A DNA stretch of 63,751 nt, counting the filler, from Bigelowiella natans CCMP2755 (taxonomy: Eukaryota; Protista; Cercozoa): assembly GCA_000320545.1 (NCBI GenBank). It is 5 parts of 5 records of this genome, joined end to end, with 100 filler letters (N's around TTAATTAATTAA, not from the genome) between each part and the next. Parts side by side here need not be neighbours in the genome. Positions count along the whole stretch, not along the records: positions 37,023 to 63,751 come from ADNK01002289.1; 4 more parts are not named here. The stretch is one strand, 5' to 3'. Positions 48,488-61,510 of this stretch are shown piece by piece (within the stretch, counting starts at the first letter, position 1; every line of letters starts with the position of its first letter). The notes under the pieces were generated by a model that saw only the letters and a list, made by a program, of their open reading frames with translations, searched no databases and was not told where the DNA came from. Made by a program: the position numbers and the translations under genes.

Positions 48488-49706
48488 GTGCAATATGCCA
48501 ACATCAATGTGTGCAGGGATTGATGGTGGCACTACCCGGTCTTTCTTTGCATCGTAATGTACAATTTTCATTTCTCCAGAATATACGATGAAGAAATCAC
48601 TTCCTACAAATGTTGTAAGTAGAAGAAGAAGAAGAAGAAGAAGAAGAAGAGAATGAAGAGAGGAGAGAAGAAGAAAGAGGAGGAGGAAGAGGAGTGCGAA
48701 GAAGACTAATGAACATATTTCTAAAAAAGCAGCACTATTTTCCTTTGCATCATCATCCTCGTCACCATCATCATCATCAATGTGTTGGTCAATGAAGAAG
48801 GACAATTGGTGCTGTAAGTAGAGAAACCGTCAAGTGCACTACAAGCATGATGTTGTTATCTTTTTGTTCTCTATCTTCTCATTATCATAAGGTAATGATA
48901 CGTCAATATATGCCCCTACACAAGTACCACCACAACCTGCTTCTCCTTCATAAAACAACACCTGCCCTTCATTCAATCGCTGATTGTTTCATACCAATAA
49001 CAAAGAGAAAGTCAATTTATGAATAATCACAAGATGATCATAATGGTGTTAAAACTTAATCATCATTGTCATCATCATTACTCTATAATGAAGTCCAAGT
49101 TTCAGTTTGGCCATATCTGCGGGCTTGATATCCTTCAAAAACGGCACCTGAGTAAAAGTAGTAATAGTATTGGTCATCAAACAACATATATTAATATAGT
49201 AGTTGTAGTTGCTGCTGTTGTTGTATTATTAGAAAAACCGACGGACCGAACAATATTGGCAAGATTGATTCTCAGAATAACAATTATAACAACAATTATA
49301 ACAACACTATATTCATATTATACCTGAGATATTCTCTTATCAATTCCTGAATTTAACAAAGCATAGAGTTTCCCCTTGATTTCTTGGTCTAATGTATCAA
49401 GAATGTGATCGTATAATAATAATAATAGCAGTAGGGAGATATGAGGGGGGGGGGGAGAAGGATAAATGATTGGATGGAATAGTACTTTATATGTTAATTA
49501 ATTAATTACTTCATCAAGAAAATGAACAACAACAGCAATTACGATGACGACGATGATGATGACGTGTTTTAATGAAATAAGAAAATAACACAACAATTAC
49601 GATGACGACGATGATGATGACGTGTTAATGAAATAAGAAAATAACACAACAAGCAGCGAAACAACAACGGAGAATATAAACAAAATCTGATGAATGATTA
49701 TGTGTA

Positions 49707-49755
<49 letters not shown>

Positions 49756-49861
49756 ACTATATTCCTTCATAAATAATTTGATATCCTCAGATCCTAACTT
49801 TAACATGGTAGAGTCCTCCATTGCCTGATTAGTAGTAGTAGTAGTACTATGTTATTGTTGT

Positions 49862-49893
<32 letters not shown>

Positions 49894-50387
49894 TGATAAT
49901 GGTGATAAATGGGAATGACGATATATGATTATGATTAGTACTATTACCAAACATGAGATTTTCTGGATGGGGCCTACTACTATATCTGCTGCTGGTGTGG
50001 TGGCTGATGATGATGATGCCGATGATGGACTTGTGCTTGTTAAAGCACTGCTTCTCTTAGACTCAGCATTAAAAAATGATTCTACCCCGAGAAACGACAC
50101 CGGTGTCTGTTGTTATTAATTTATTATTATTATTCATTAAGTAGATAAAAGACAGACAAAACAACTCCACCACATCGAGCTACTGTCGCATAGATCATCA
50201 TCACTAATGCATACTTTTATCATTTATATGCTGCTGTTGTATGACTCAAGATAATAACACCTTGCTACTGCTGCTGCTACAAATTATCATCTAACTATCA
50301 TTAAATGAACCCATCTCTCCCCCCCCCCCCCCTCTCTCTCGCTCTCTCTCTCTCTCTCTCTTTAATAGAATTTCATATCATTTGTGC

Positions 50388-50426
<39 letters not shown>

Positions 50427-50500
50427 GCTTGTGCGGCGGTTTTGTCCTCCTCTAAATTGATCATATGCAGTTGTTTTTCTTACTACTAGGTAGTAGTTGC

Positions 50501-50531
<31 letters not shown>

Positions 50532-51097
50532 CCATTGCACAGTAGAATATATCAGGGACTGCTTCTTGATTTGCCGCTGACAGAAGATAATAATAATAAT
50601 AACGAATATATAAACTGACAACTCATACTTCCAATATTACTACTACTATTACTACTTCTTCTTAAAAATTTGATGATTCACCAGCAGCTTGCACCCACAA
50701 AAGCAGTTGTTTTATAAAATGGAAAAAAGAAGGAAGGAAGGAGGCCATTAAAACAAACAGCAATACAAGGCAAAACAACAACAACAACAACAACAACAAC
50801 AAGCCAAATACTATCACAACATTGATAACCGTAAATCATCATCATCATCATTATCATCATCATAATCTTTAGCAGCAGCAGCTTTACCATTACGTGCTGC
50901 TTCAGTAGTGTATCGAGCAGGGATATACATTCCTATAGTAGTAATAGTAATAGTAGTAGTAGTAGTAGTAATAAGGAATAAGCATTGCGCATATATACCA
51001 TTATATACTACTACTATTGCTACTACTACTGCTACTACTACTACTACTACCATTTCACTCACGATATCATATCAATGATGCTTCAAACGGTGTCTTT

Positions 51098-51153
<56 letters not shown>

Positions 51154-52237
51154 TCTCTCTGTCTTTCTACAACATCATCTCTATACGATCTAGGATGTAA
51201 TAACCCATTTTCCCATTCTTCAATAGGAAGAAATTAGTAGTCCTTTCTCCTCGCTTGCAGATCCAGTCTCCTTTTGCATATTTCACTTCTTTGAGAAGCT
51301 TTGACAACTTAACCATCTGATGTAGTAGTAGTAGTAGTAGTTAGTGGCAGTGGTAATGTGTTTCCGACATCATGATGATGATGATTTATAGCAATAAATA
51401 TGAGTCAGTAATTGAAGAAGAAGCACAGGCCATGTAATACTCTACTACTGCAACTACACACACTCTTACTAATATTACTATTGTTGACCGTCTCTGCACT
51501 CATGACGAAAGAGAGAGCAGATCTGAGCAGCCCCGCACGAACGAGGGGGGGGGGGGGGGGTAAGGGAAACACATATTACACATAAAAAGAAAGATACTAT
51601 TAGATTAGATTTGACAACTATTCAACAATTATTATTATCATTATTATCACTATTCTCATTATTTTGTTTTAATTATTATTATTTATAACTTATTTTCATA
51701 TGATTTGTAGCAGCAGCGGTATAATCCATTGGCATCTATTGTTGTAATAATACTACATACACTATAATTCATTGGCATCTATTGTTGTAATAATACTACA
51801 TACACTGATAGTCTTATAGTAGTAATAGTATCACAATCATAATCACTGCCTCTTCCTATACAATCTATATCCATCAATATATATATCTACTTACTACCTT
51901 TCCACCACATCAGCTTGAGAAAGAGACTTTGCATATGGTTTCAAGGCATTCTACACAACAAATATAACAACACAACAACAATAAAATTTAGTATATTAGA
52001 ATAAGCTTTTGGTATGATGACGTATGTGTGATCATCATAATCATCATCATCCTCATCATCAGTAGTAGTAGTAGTAGTAGTTGCAGTATTAACACAAAAC
52101 AAGGAACTACTACCAGCCATCTATTGCATATTTCTGGTGAATTTGCCCTTAAAAGATACCTACAAGAAGAAGAAAGGACAATCTTCTAAATGTAGTTACC
52201 ACATAGTTACCACATTAAATATTATGATATAATAATG

Positions 52238-52284
<47 letters not shown>

Positions 52285-52362
52285 CTTCGACAGTACATAG
52301 AAGCAGGTAGATAGAATATGTGGTGTGTTAAAGATACTCATATATTATTGCAAAAAAAGAAT

Positions 52363-52394
<32 letters not shown>

Positions 52395-53028
52395 AAGAAG
52401 AAGAAGAAGAAACAGTAGTAGATGTAGTAGTACAATTCTCTTCCACTATGAGAATGATCTTGTACGATTTTTATCGTGAAAGTCTGTATATGAGCACAAC
52501 AATATGATGTAATAGTTAGGGGATTTATTACAATACTGTTTTTTATTACTTCTTCGTCTAACGTTAAATGTTAGTGTAAATGATAATACTATCTGCATGA
52601 TGCATGATGCAAAGCAGCATAAAGACATCATAATACAACTGGTAATTATATGATGAAGTATCTATTTGTTTATTAGTACCCTATTTTGCTTGCTTCTCTC
52701 ATAATGTTCCACCTTCATCATCATCATCATCACCATCATCATCATCGTATCGAATGGATTGTGAAACGAAGAAAGAAAAGGGGAGGGAGGAGGAGAAGAA
52801 GACGAAGATGAAAAGAGTATTATGCATGCATATAATGTTCAGTAAGGAGGGGGAAGGGGAGGGAACTAGTAGTATATGTTATCCCATCAGCTGCAATGAT
52901 ACTACTACTAATAATAAGAATAATAATACGTACTTACCATGTGTATCCCATCAGCTGGAATTATACCCTTAGGATCAAGGGAAGTTACACCGTCAAAATA
53001 GGCCTAAGAACCAAGAAACGATGATGAT

Positions 53029-53059
<31 letters not shown>

Positions 53060-53397
53060 AGGAATGAAGATAGGCTAAAACAACTAAACATCGTTAAAGG
53101 ATGAACCAATAAGACGAGAAGAACAGCACATATACTGGTGGTGGTGGTGGCAGTTGTTACCAAGTGAGCTCCCAGTTTTGTTTCTTCGCTTGTGAGAAAT
53201 CTAAAGTACCGACGTTGCCATAGCCTATTTATATTATTGTCATCAAGAATCACCATAGTAAGAGAATTAATGCTGAATCAATTAGACTGGCATAGAAAAT
53301 TAAGTTTACATGCTGCTGCTACCAGGTAGAGTATCAATGAGGAGTGTTTAATGAGCAGCAGTATAAAGCATTATTTTACCAACGCTTTAGTAAATTT

Positions 53398-53429
<32 letters not shown>

Positions 53430-53439
53430 AGAGAGGTTC

Positions 53440-53478
<39 letters not shown>

Positions 53479-54110
53479 TGTACATCATCGATGATGGTGA
53501 TGATGATGGTGATGATGAGGAGAAGCGGGGATGGGGAGTGAGAATGACCCTAGCTTCGACTTTTTTTCTAGCCAACCTTCAATGCCTAATAATAAAATGA
53601 TAACAACATACAAATATCATTAGTGAATAATAATGGCTATTTCATACATAGTAGTAGTGGTATGGCTATTATTATTGTTATCATGATGAGAATAGAAGAT
53701 CATAAGAGTAGTAGTACCTTTGTTCGCATCTTGCTTTCGGCCTAATCTAGGGTGAAATCGGTACCGAGGAGAAGCAGCGAAGTTGTCCCTGGACGGTAGT
53801 AAGAAAGTAAGTAAGAAAGTAAATAAAGGGGTAGGAGAAAAGAGAAAAGGTAGTAGTGGTAGTAGTAGTAGTGGTAGTAACAATACAAGGACGTGCTTGT
53901 GCTGCCTCGAGTAGTCAATTCTTGCAGCAACAAAAGTTGATCCATTTCATCGAATAATACTACTACTACTACTACTACGAGAAGAAGAAGAAGAAGAAGA
54001 AGAAGAAGATAATGATGATGATGAAGAAGAAGAAGAAGAAGGTGTCTGTGTACTGTTCCAGAGCTTGCATCCGCCCTTCCAGCATTTTATGTGATTCTCG
54101 TAATCGGAAA
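41906..54110 (-). CDS. Large signalling protein: PH domain + three cNMP-binding domains + C-terminal RGS domain; 5' start uncertain
   Basis: PH: IEGWLEKKSKLG|LWQRRYFRF…|AYFDGVTSLDPKGIIP. cNMP1 (degenerate): VKYAKGDWICKRGERTTNFFLLKNGKM. cNMP2: SDFFIVYSGEM…CFGEIALMLPGVPR|TATVIA. cNMP3: ETFEANEVIFK…GDDGDRFYIISFGK…YFGEVALVVE|DTPRTATCV. RGS: GVELFTAFLEKHYAEE|SIEFWHEVRAFR…AQDLVEKYIRE|GGSRQVNISSQMAKAV…FVQAEGE|VVTLLSRDKL|APFKQSQEF. Confidence 0.8.
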
Positions 54111-55260
54111 AACAGATATTTATTCTGTTGGCAATATGAAGAGTAGAGGGGGGTCATTCAACAAGCACAGTGGATTATGATGGGAGAATAAATGCTTAAT
54201 CACAAGTAGAAAGAAATAAATTAGTTTACACGTTTTATTAGTCTAATAGATGACAGGTCATATTATTCAATATATAATGTACTATTAGAACAAGGAGGAG
54301 GAGGAGGAGGAGTAGTGGTAGAAGTAGTGTCTCGATAAATTATGTAGATAGGACAAAGTCACATAGTAGTAACAAAAAGTAGTTACTACCACAAGTACAA
54401 TATAATAATAATGATGATGATAATACACCAACCACATTAACAAAATTAACAAATATATGGCTTTTAGGAAATTATTCCTTCTCCCATCAACATACATACA
54501 TACATACATACATACATACACCCTATAGCTAATCACTACTATATCTTCTATATTCTTTATCTTCTCTATAGGTGGTTGGTATTTATTATGTTGTTGCATA
54601 GGTTTGGTTTATTTATAATACCACGAATAATAATCTCTGAAGACAATGATATAAGTAGTTTACGAGTACGTTAGTGGTGATGGTGATGATGATGGTGTTC
54701 AAAACAAATGGTGTGTGTAGTATAGTAGACACAGCATCCAATTTATTACCAACAAAATCCAATCATGAATAAGAAAAAAAACAAATAGCATATCAGATAC
54801 TGTATTATCATCATCTTTTTGTTCGTTAGATCTCTTCTTCTATGCAGAGTAGTAGTCCATACTAAATATGTGATTGATGATGGCATTTCATTTCTACTAG
54901 TGGACAAACTACCTCAAAGGTGTGGTTTGATGTGACTACATGTTCAATGATACTGCATTCGCAGAGAACTCGGCACTAATCAACACATATTAGATCAGTA
55001 ATTGCGGTTAAATCAGGGCACCACACATTCCATATTTTACATACATATATTTGTCATAATAGTCTAGAATATTGCCTTTTCTACTGCATCAGTTTCGTCC
55101 TTGCCAATTTGGTGCAAAAGCATGTATGTGATCTAAGCATAAACAGATGACGATAGCAGCAGCATGTAGGATCTTGTTAGTAGTTAATTGTGAGCGTATG
55201 CCCGAAGTAATAATTGGAGGGCAAGTAGTACTTCGAATTGATTAGGGTTGTTGTTATGTA

Positions 55261-55295
<35 letters not shown>

Positions 55296-55353
55296 AGCTC
55301 GTTTGCCACGAAACATCTTGGATATGTCTTCCCATGATACACCTTTGAGAGTG

Positions 55354-55385
<32 letters not shown>

Positions 55386-55909
55386 TAGTGGTAAAAGAAG
55401 GGCGACGATCATCCATGCAAGTAGGAAAAAGAGAATAATAAACAACCCCAAAATGATACTTCCACTGAAAGAATTAAGAGATTCTAATGAAAGTAATGCT
55501 TCTACATGATGATTACTAATGATTTTGACACACGGTTTTGATTATTTTGCTTATTTTACTGCAATTCTATCAATTTAAGTTGCTGCACAACTGATGGAGG
55601 TGGTATGAACATGATGATTGCGTGACATTCAGTGACAGCACAAAATAGGAGGAATCAATGAATAATCCACGTCTTCGTCATATTCATAATAACCCTGTCT
55701 TCGATGCGGATTCCTGGCAGTATCTAAGTTATTTTTACATGATGTAGGGAATGGATGGATGGAAACATTGGTGGTAAGTTTACAACATTGGCTCGTTCGT
55801 AGTATTTATACCGTATAGAAATCATCACAAACTAAATTAAGTAAAGTAGATCTTCTCCTTCCTTGACCTGATCAAGAAGGTAGTCTATCTCGAATATTCT
55901 GAGTCGCTT

Positions 55910-56017
55910 CATGTCCGTTAGTACATTCACAGTGAAGCTTAGTAGCCCCTGAATAATGCAGAATCATGTCCGTTAGTATATTCACACTGAAGCATAGTAG
56001 CCCCTCAATAATGCAGA

Positions 56018-56018
<1 letters not shown>
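55910..56018. repeat. Tandem duplication, period 55
   Basis: catgtccgttagta(c/t)attcac..tgaagc.tagtagcccct.aataatgcagaa occurs twice. Confidence 0.85.
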
Positions 56019-56073
<55 letters not shown>

Positions 56074-57004
56074 TCAAAGTCTGATTACACACAGCAGCAG
56101 CAGCTTCGCAGTACGTTGTTTAGTACACAAAACCACCTCCTTAGCTTTAAAAGCATAAAATATCTGGGTCCCTTTTGTTTATAACAACAAATGAATGATG
56201 AGACAAAGGTTTTGTTTATAACAATGAATGATGAGGCAAGGGGAGGACAACTACTCTGCATACAACTGTATCATGATATCGATGATCTTACATTCTCTCA
56301 TAGAACCCTGCTTTCCCTGCGCCCTTATTACAAGCTTGTACTTCGTTCCTACTTCCAAAGCTAAACAACGATGATGATGAATTTGAATTAGTGGTGAGAC
56401 ATAATAAACATAGTGATGACGACGACAACGACCAAAGAAGTTAGAATAATAATAGGTGCATGAAATGCACCCCCTGGCATGCATGATGCACGACAACACA
56501 CACAGCGAATTATTTATGAGAATGTATACAGTGACCACTAGGCTCCTTCGAAACAGTATCTCCAGGCTGCAATGCTACTTCCCATCCACGCACTGGCTTT
56601 CCGTGCTTTGATAACCAGGCCGTCACAGGTTTGTGAGTATCATTTGTCTAGATCATTGAATAAGGGTATCATCATCATGTATGCCTCGGAAGAAGATGAT
56701 GTCGAAGAGAAGCAAAATGTCAAAAGAATTTATTTGGCTTGCTTTGCTTACGATTGTGATGCTTTGGCCCATAGCAAAGGTGCTTCGATGTCCTAGCTCG
56801 AGGAATGTTTGCCTTTAGTGCAGCCGTTGTTCTTTCTTTCAGGAGAGGGGGGGCTAGCTGCTAGGCGTTTTTGGAGCCGACAAGTTGTTACTTCTAGCAG
56901 AATGATCGTGACTTATTTTTATCAGATAAACAACTTAAAATGTTGGAAACAATTCCGCTCACATTTTGTTTGTTGTAATTGTTGCCACTGCTGTTGTCTT
57001 TTTA

Positions 57005-58951
57005 GCATGAAAATCATCAGCAGCATCTTCGATGAAGAAATTTGGTGTGGTGTTGTCTCAAGGCGGATGTGTGCGACAAGCATGCAAAAAAATGGGAATC
57101 TTTCTGAACTGACAAAAGCTTTCAAAGACCGATGTGATTCATGACTGTGGTGCAGATTCCAGCAAATGGAGTCACATGAAAACTCATCCTTGACAGCTGA
57201 TGGGCAATGCGATTGATGAGCAACTGACCAACCAACGTGCAAGCTGGACAGGGTGCAGAAATGTCATCACAGTGATTTTGTCACCAGGCGCTGATTTGAA
57301 CGGTTTCTTGTGCCCACGGTTTTTGGTGACAATGCGAACTTCAACGTTCAAGTTCAACAACGAAGGGCGCAGGCTTCCACCCACGAAGCGCCCTTCGCCA
57401 CTGAACAGTGCTGGAGTGGCAACAGAACCTTTCTCGATCGCTCCACTCGTTCACTCGTTTGCAAGAGTGAGTTCAGCTTGCAGGGAGTTCCTCAGTGAAG
57501 CTGGTGCTCTGATCAGAGCTTCCAACCGCCTCCACGTGCTCGCTTTCCCCCAGTCCCCTTCGTTGAGCGTGTTCTGTGAACCTTGCCGCGACTCTTTGGT
57601 CAAGTGGTCCAGTGGTCCCAATTGGTGTTTGGTTTCGGTTTGGTCTCAGACCGCTCTCGTGTCTTCGTGGCTTCGTTGCCCACTTGGCTGTGTGCACCTG
57701 GACACGTTCCCGCCCGTTCGATGGCGGTTGGTTGGCTCACTTGCCTGTCTGCCTGCCTGCCACTGAACGTAATTTGTGGCCTTGCCCGTTGAACACCAAG
57801 TCCGTGGACTCGCCCTGCAACGCCTCTTGGTCCAGTGGTGTGTGTGTGTGTGTGTGTGTGTGTTTGTGTGTGTGTGCCCAGGCTCACAAGAAGAACACCA
57901 CGTTGTGGACAACGTGATGTGACACGCACGCAATGCTGGAATGCATGGCACACGTGACACCACCACGTCCATCATTCGATCACACGTGCACCTGCGCAAC
58001 ACGTCCAGACGTGCTGAAGCGTTTCAGAGTCGCCCACGCTGGCACCCAAGCTAGCAAGCACGTTGAACACTGCTGGCCAGCTGGGTCGGAACAACAAGCC
58101 GAAGCCAGCGAACAAAGCCATTCACTCGTGTCATTCGCAAGCAAGAACCAGAGAAGTTTCACTTGGAGGAAAAAGTGCCAGTTGCTCCTGCAATTTTCAT
58201 CGTGCTAGCGTGGCATGACAATGACCGCTAGATCGGCCATGCGGAGAGTGGAAACTGACAAAAACTTGGCCAATGCGATGCACGATGTGCAACTCCAGAA
58301 TTGTGTGCGTGCCAGCTCTAGCAGCTGCTGTGTCGATCTGGTCACAGCTGGGTGTGTTCAAGACTTCAAGACCAGTCACACGCCTGGACACCAGCACAGT
58401 TGCTGTGCTCGCAAACACGAATGCCGCCATCTTGCCTGCGTTCAACAAAAGCTCAGCTTGCGAGTGATGACAAGGTGCAATGAACGTTCTGGCTAGCTAG
58501 CTGAAAGTTCAGCCAAGCTAGCTGTGATGGCTGGCCTGGCTGAACTTTCTAGCCATGCGCACGCATTGCAGTGCAAGTGCATGGACTTGCGCCATCTAGC
58601 TGTGCTGCTCATGCTTGCTAGCTTGTTGCAGACTCATCAACGCGAAATTGATCTAGGCCAGTGGGGGGGCAAACTGGCAAATGATGATCGAGTTGGGCAA
58701 ATCATGACGATGCAAGGTGCAGTGCGATGCATCTCAGTCGATTCTACGCGCTGACGCTGACTGCGATGCGAAATTTGCCCGACGCCACGCAGATTGCAAA
58801 TGTCATTTTGATGATGCGACGGACAATGCGATTGAATGCAGAGCCTAGAGGAAGCTCACATGCTAGCATGCGAAAATGAAATGCCAACTAGCCAATTGAA
58901 TCAAATTGACTTGATTCACTGCATGATTGCACAAACAATTTGCAATTTGCC

Positions 58952-58988
<37 letters not shown>

Positions 58989-59103
58989 CCACAAGTGAAT
59001 TGGAGGTCTCGCTTGCGTCCGAGATGAATCTTGCAAAACAAAGACGTCAGGAACATTTTCCCAAATTGAAATTGTCCCTCATTGCAACGCTGATGTGTGG
59101 GGT
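57005..59103. other. TpA-depleted / CTAG-retaining tract (probable hypermutated repeat or intergenic DNA)
   Basis: Manual count: 16 TpA in about 2.1 kb, 14 of them in CTAG; TG/CA-rich. Confidence 0.8.
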
Positions 59104-59822
59104 TAAAAATTTGTGGCAATTCATTCGATGACTGTTCTGAGAGATGAGGTGCAAGAGATCTGGAAAACCTCAACATTTGCGTAAGAATGTGCTCCATTTC
59201 CGCATCATGTTCTCGTGCATGTGTGACAATGGAGAGTTGTGTCTGCAGATGCGATGAGATTGAACCCTGGCGCGCAATGTCCCAAACATCTACCTTCCTG
59301 CTCTCGATTTTTCCAAAGTCAAGAAGCAACTTTCTCATCCTCTGCGAAATCCATGAGCGCAAGAATTGCTTTGTTTGCAAGAGTAGCCCACTGTTTCACT
59401 GTGGAAATGAATGTCTCCTTCCCGCTTCCATCGTCATCGACTGGAAGTCTCTGCGAAAAAATTTGCCCATCTACATGAATTTGATTCACATTTGCATTTT
59501 CCTCCATGGCGTGGTCATCAGTGCCCTCCATGTGAACATTTGGTGCCTTCCAATTCAACAGAACAAAATTTGATGAAACTCATTAACGATCACTTGAGTC
59601 TGTTCCATGTAATTTTGAAAATACCTTTACTATCGTATGATTAGAATCATTCACATTTTGCACCATTAAAGAGGGAGGAGGCAAGTCTCGTTCTGCAATT
59701 TGAAAGGGGATGGGAGCTTCAGGTTGCAAAACAGCCTCTGGCTCGCCATCGTCGACCGCTTTCGATGTCCACGCCCCATTTGCACATATCATGAACGCAA
59801 AGCAAACCAACATACTACGCAT
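58916..59822 (-). CDS. Possible secreted protein gene or pseudogene with short introns, running into the TpA-depleted tract
   Basis: MRSMLVCFAFMICANGAWTSKA signal-like start at 59822, followed by GT-AG-like blocks. Downstream ORFs 59319..59558 and 58916..59380 contain no Tyr. Confidence 0.3.
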
Positions 59823-60220
59823 TGCTGATCTTAGGTGGGAGGAGGGGTAGGAGATGTGCTAAACTCGATTGCTTCCTGGAAACGTCACTTTATGTAATAG
59901 CTTAACTCAGTCGGTAATGCCAATTCCATTCCGCTTTTTTATGAATTCCAGGCGATTTCAGTAAGATTTCCAATGGATTTCTGTAATTTTCATCTGGTTT
60001 GTCTGAGTAGAGTAGATACGACGGTTCTTTCCTACAGCATGTACTCTCTTCTCCAGAGAAATACCAATGGGAATGCAGCAGCAGGTGGTCTTGAGTTGAG
60101 AGTTGGAAATGTGTTTTATGATGTTGTCGGTTAGTAAATAAATGTCGGAATATGTTGGTATGTAATAAGCATAACACTAATTCCAAGAAACATCTTTCTG
60201 GAAAGCAGCAACATCGGTAA

Positions 60221-60323
60221 CCACCACAACAACTGCCACAACAACCGCCACAACAACCACCACAACAACTGCCACAGCAACCGCCACAACAACCGCCACA
60301 ACAACTGCCACAGCAACCGCCAC
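60221..60323. repeat. 12-bp minisatellite, about 8.5 units
   Basis: ccaca(a/g)caac(tg/cg/ca) repeated in tandem. Confidence 0.85.
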
Positions 60324-60467
60324 ATTAGATTCGGATCTGGAAAAGGAGAGAGGAAGGAGGAGGAGTGACAGGAGGAGAAGGAAAAGAAGAAGACTCATCA
60401 TCAATCCTCTGAGGAACAGCATCTATCCATCCATCCATGATGGGAAAGATGACCATTCTCTTGCGCC

Positions 60468-61277
60468 ATGGTTTACTCCCTGGTTTCCCTCCTCTATCTC
60501 GCCGTTGTTATCAGCAGCATCATAGTCGGTTTTACTACAATCTTCTTTGTCGTCGGCGGCGCTCTCAACCCTGCTGCTACTGTCCTAGGGAATATAACCT
60601 CCATGGTCGCAATTTTTCACGGAGCAGCTTTCAAGGGTAGAACACGTTACCAATGCGTATTGTGTTGTATAAACATTTGTTTACATAGGGTTTCAACGCC
60701 TGATGACAAGGCAATTGCATTTGTAGTATCGATTGGGCATGAAAGGTGGTGATACATCGAACAATGTTTTAATAACTTCCTTAGCCGTAGTACCGATGAA
60801 AATTGTATGGATATTATCGATAGGAATGTCGCTGAGGGAGTTGTAAAAGCTCTTAAGAGTTCAGGTTCTGTTGCTCAGAAATCATTTTCGAATAATCATT
60901 CACTTTCTGTGGGTCAGATTATATATGAGTTGTAGAATGTTCTCATAATATAGTTATTAAAATTATTCATACTAGAGAATCGTCGTTATAACTTATCATA
61001 TGTGTTTTGCTGATTTTAATAGGAATTTCGGGTGAATCCTTGTTATCTATGGTGAGAACCATGGCTGGCAGATGGGAAGTATGTTGCTAATTGCTTCTTG
61101 TAAAATAATAATAATAATAATACACATAATTGGTTAGAAGATTGCTTTTTCAATTCGCTAAAATAATTATGCACATAAAACGACGAGGCATAGTAGTGTA
61201 ATTTACTGCTTCTGCTGTCGCAGTGGTTGACTATTAGTACTCACGGCCTACTGAATCATTTATTATCTCACACTACT

Positions 61278-61315
<38 letters not shown>

Positions 61316-61510
61316 GGTAGGGGAGGACGCTGGACTAGAGACTCTCATAGCATCTGTACTACTAGTGATATAATTTTTAACAACAAATAATACAAAACAG
61401 CCATAAGTCGACCAACTGGTGGTGATGCAGCAGCAAATAGGAAGAACAAATGAATTATTATTGTGTTTATCAACTTCCAGGTCAGAGAAGAGCTTGCTCG
61501 CAGTGAAGGT
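60468..61510 (+). CDS. Hypothetical membrane-anchored protein, multi-exon, ends uncertain
   Basis: Hydrophobic MVYSLVSLLYLAVVISSIIVGFTTIFFVVGG… followed by AG/GT-flanked open blocks (VSTPDDKAIAFVVSIGHE, NVAEGVVKALKSS, GISGESLLSMVRTMAGRWE). Confidence 0.35.

Noticed and set aside
57200-58500. Dense overlapping long ORFs on both strands
   Set aside because: Explained by the loss of most TAA/TAG stop codons in TpA-depleted DNA; no recognisable domain.
60221-60323. Regular repeats resembling a CRISPR array or a W/L-rich peptide ORF
   Set aside because: Contiguous 12-bp units without unique spacers in a eukaryotic context; a simple minisatellite.
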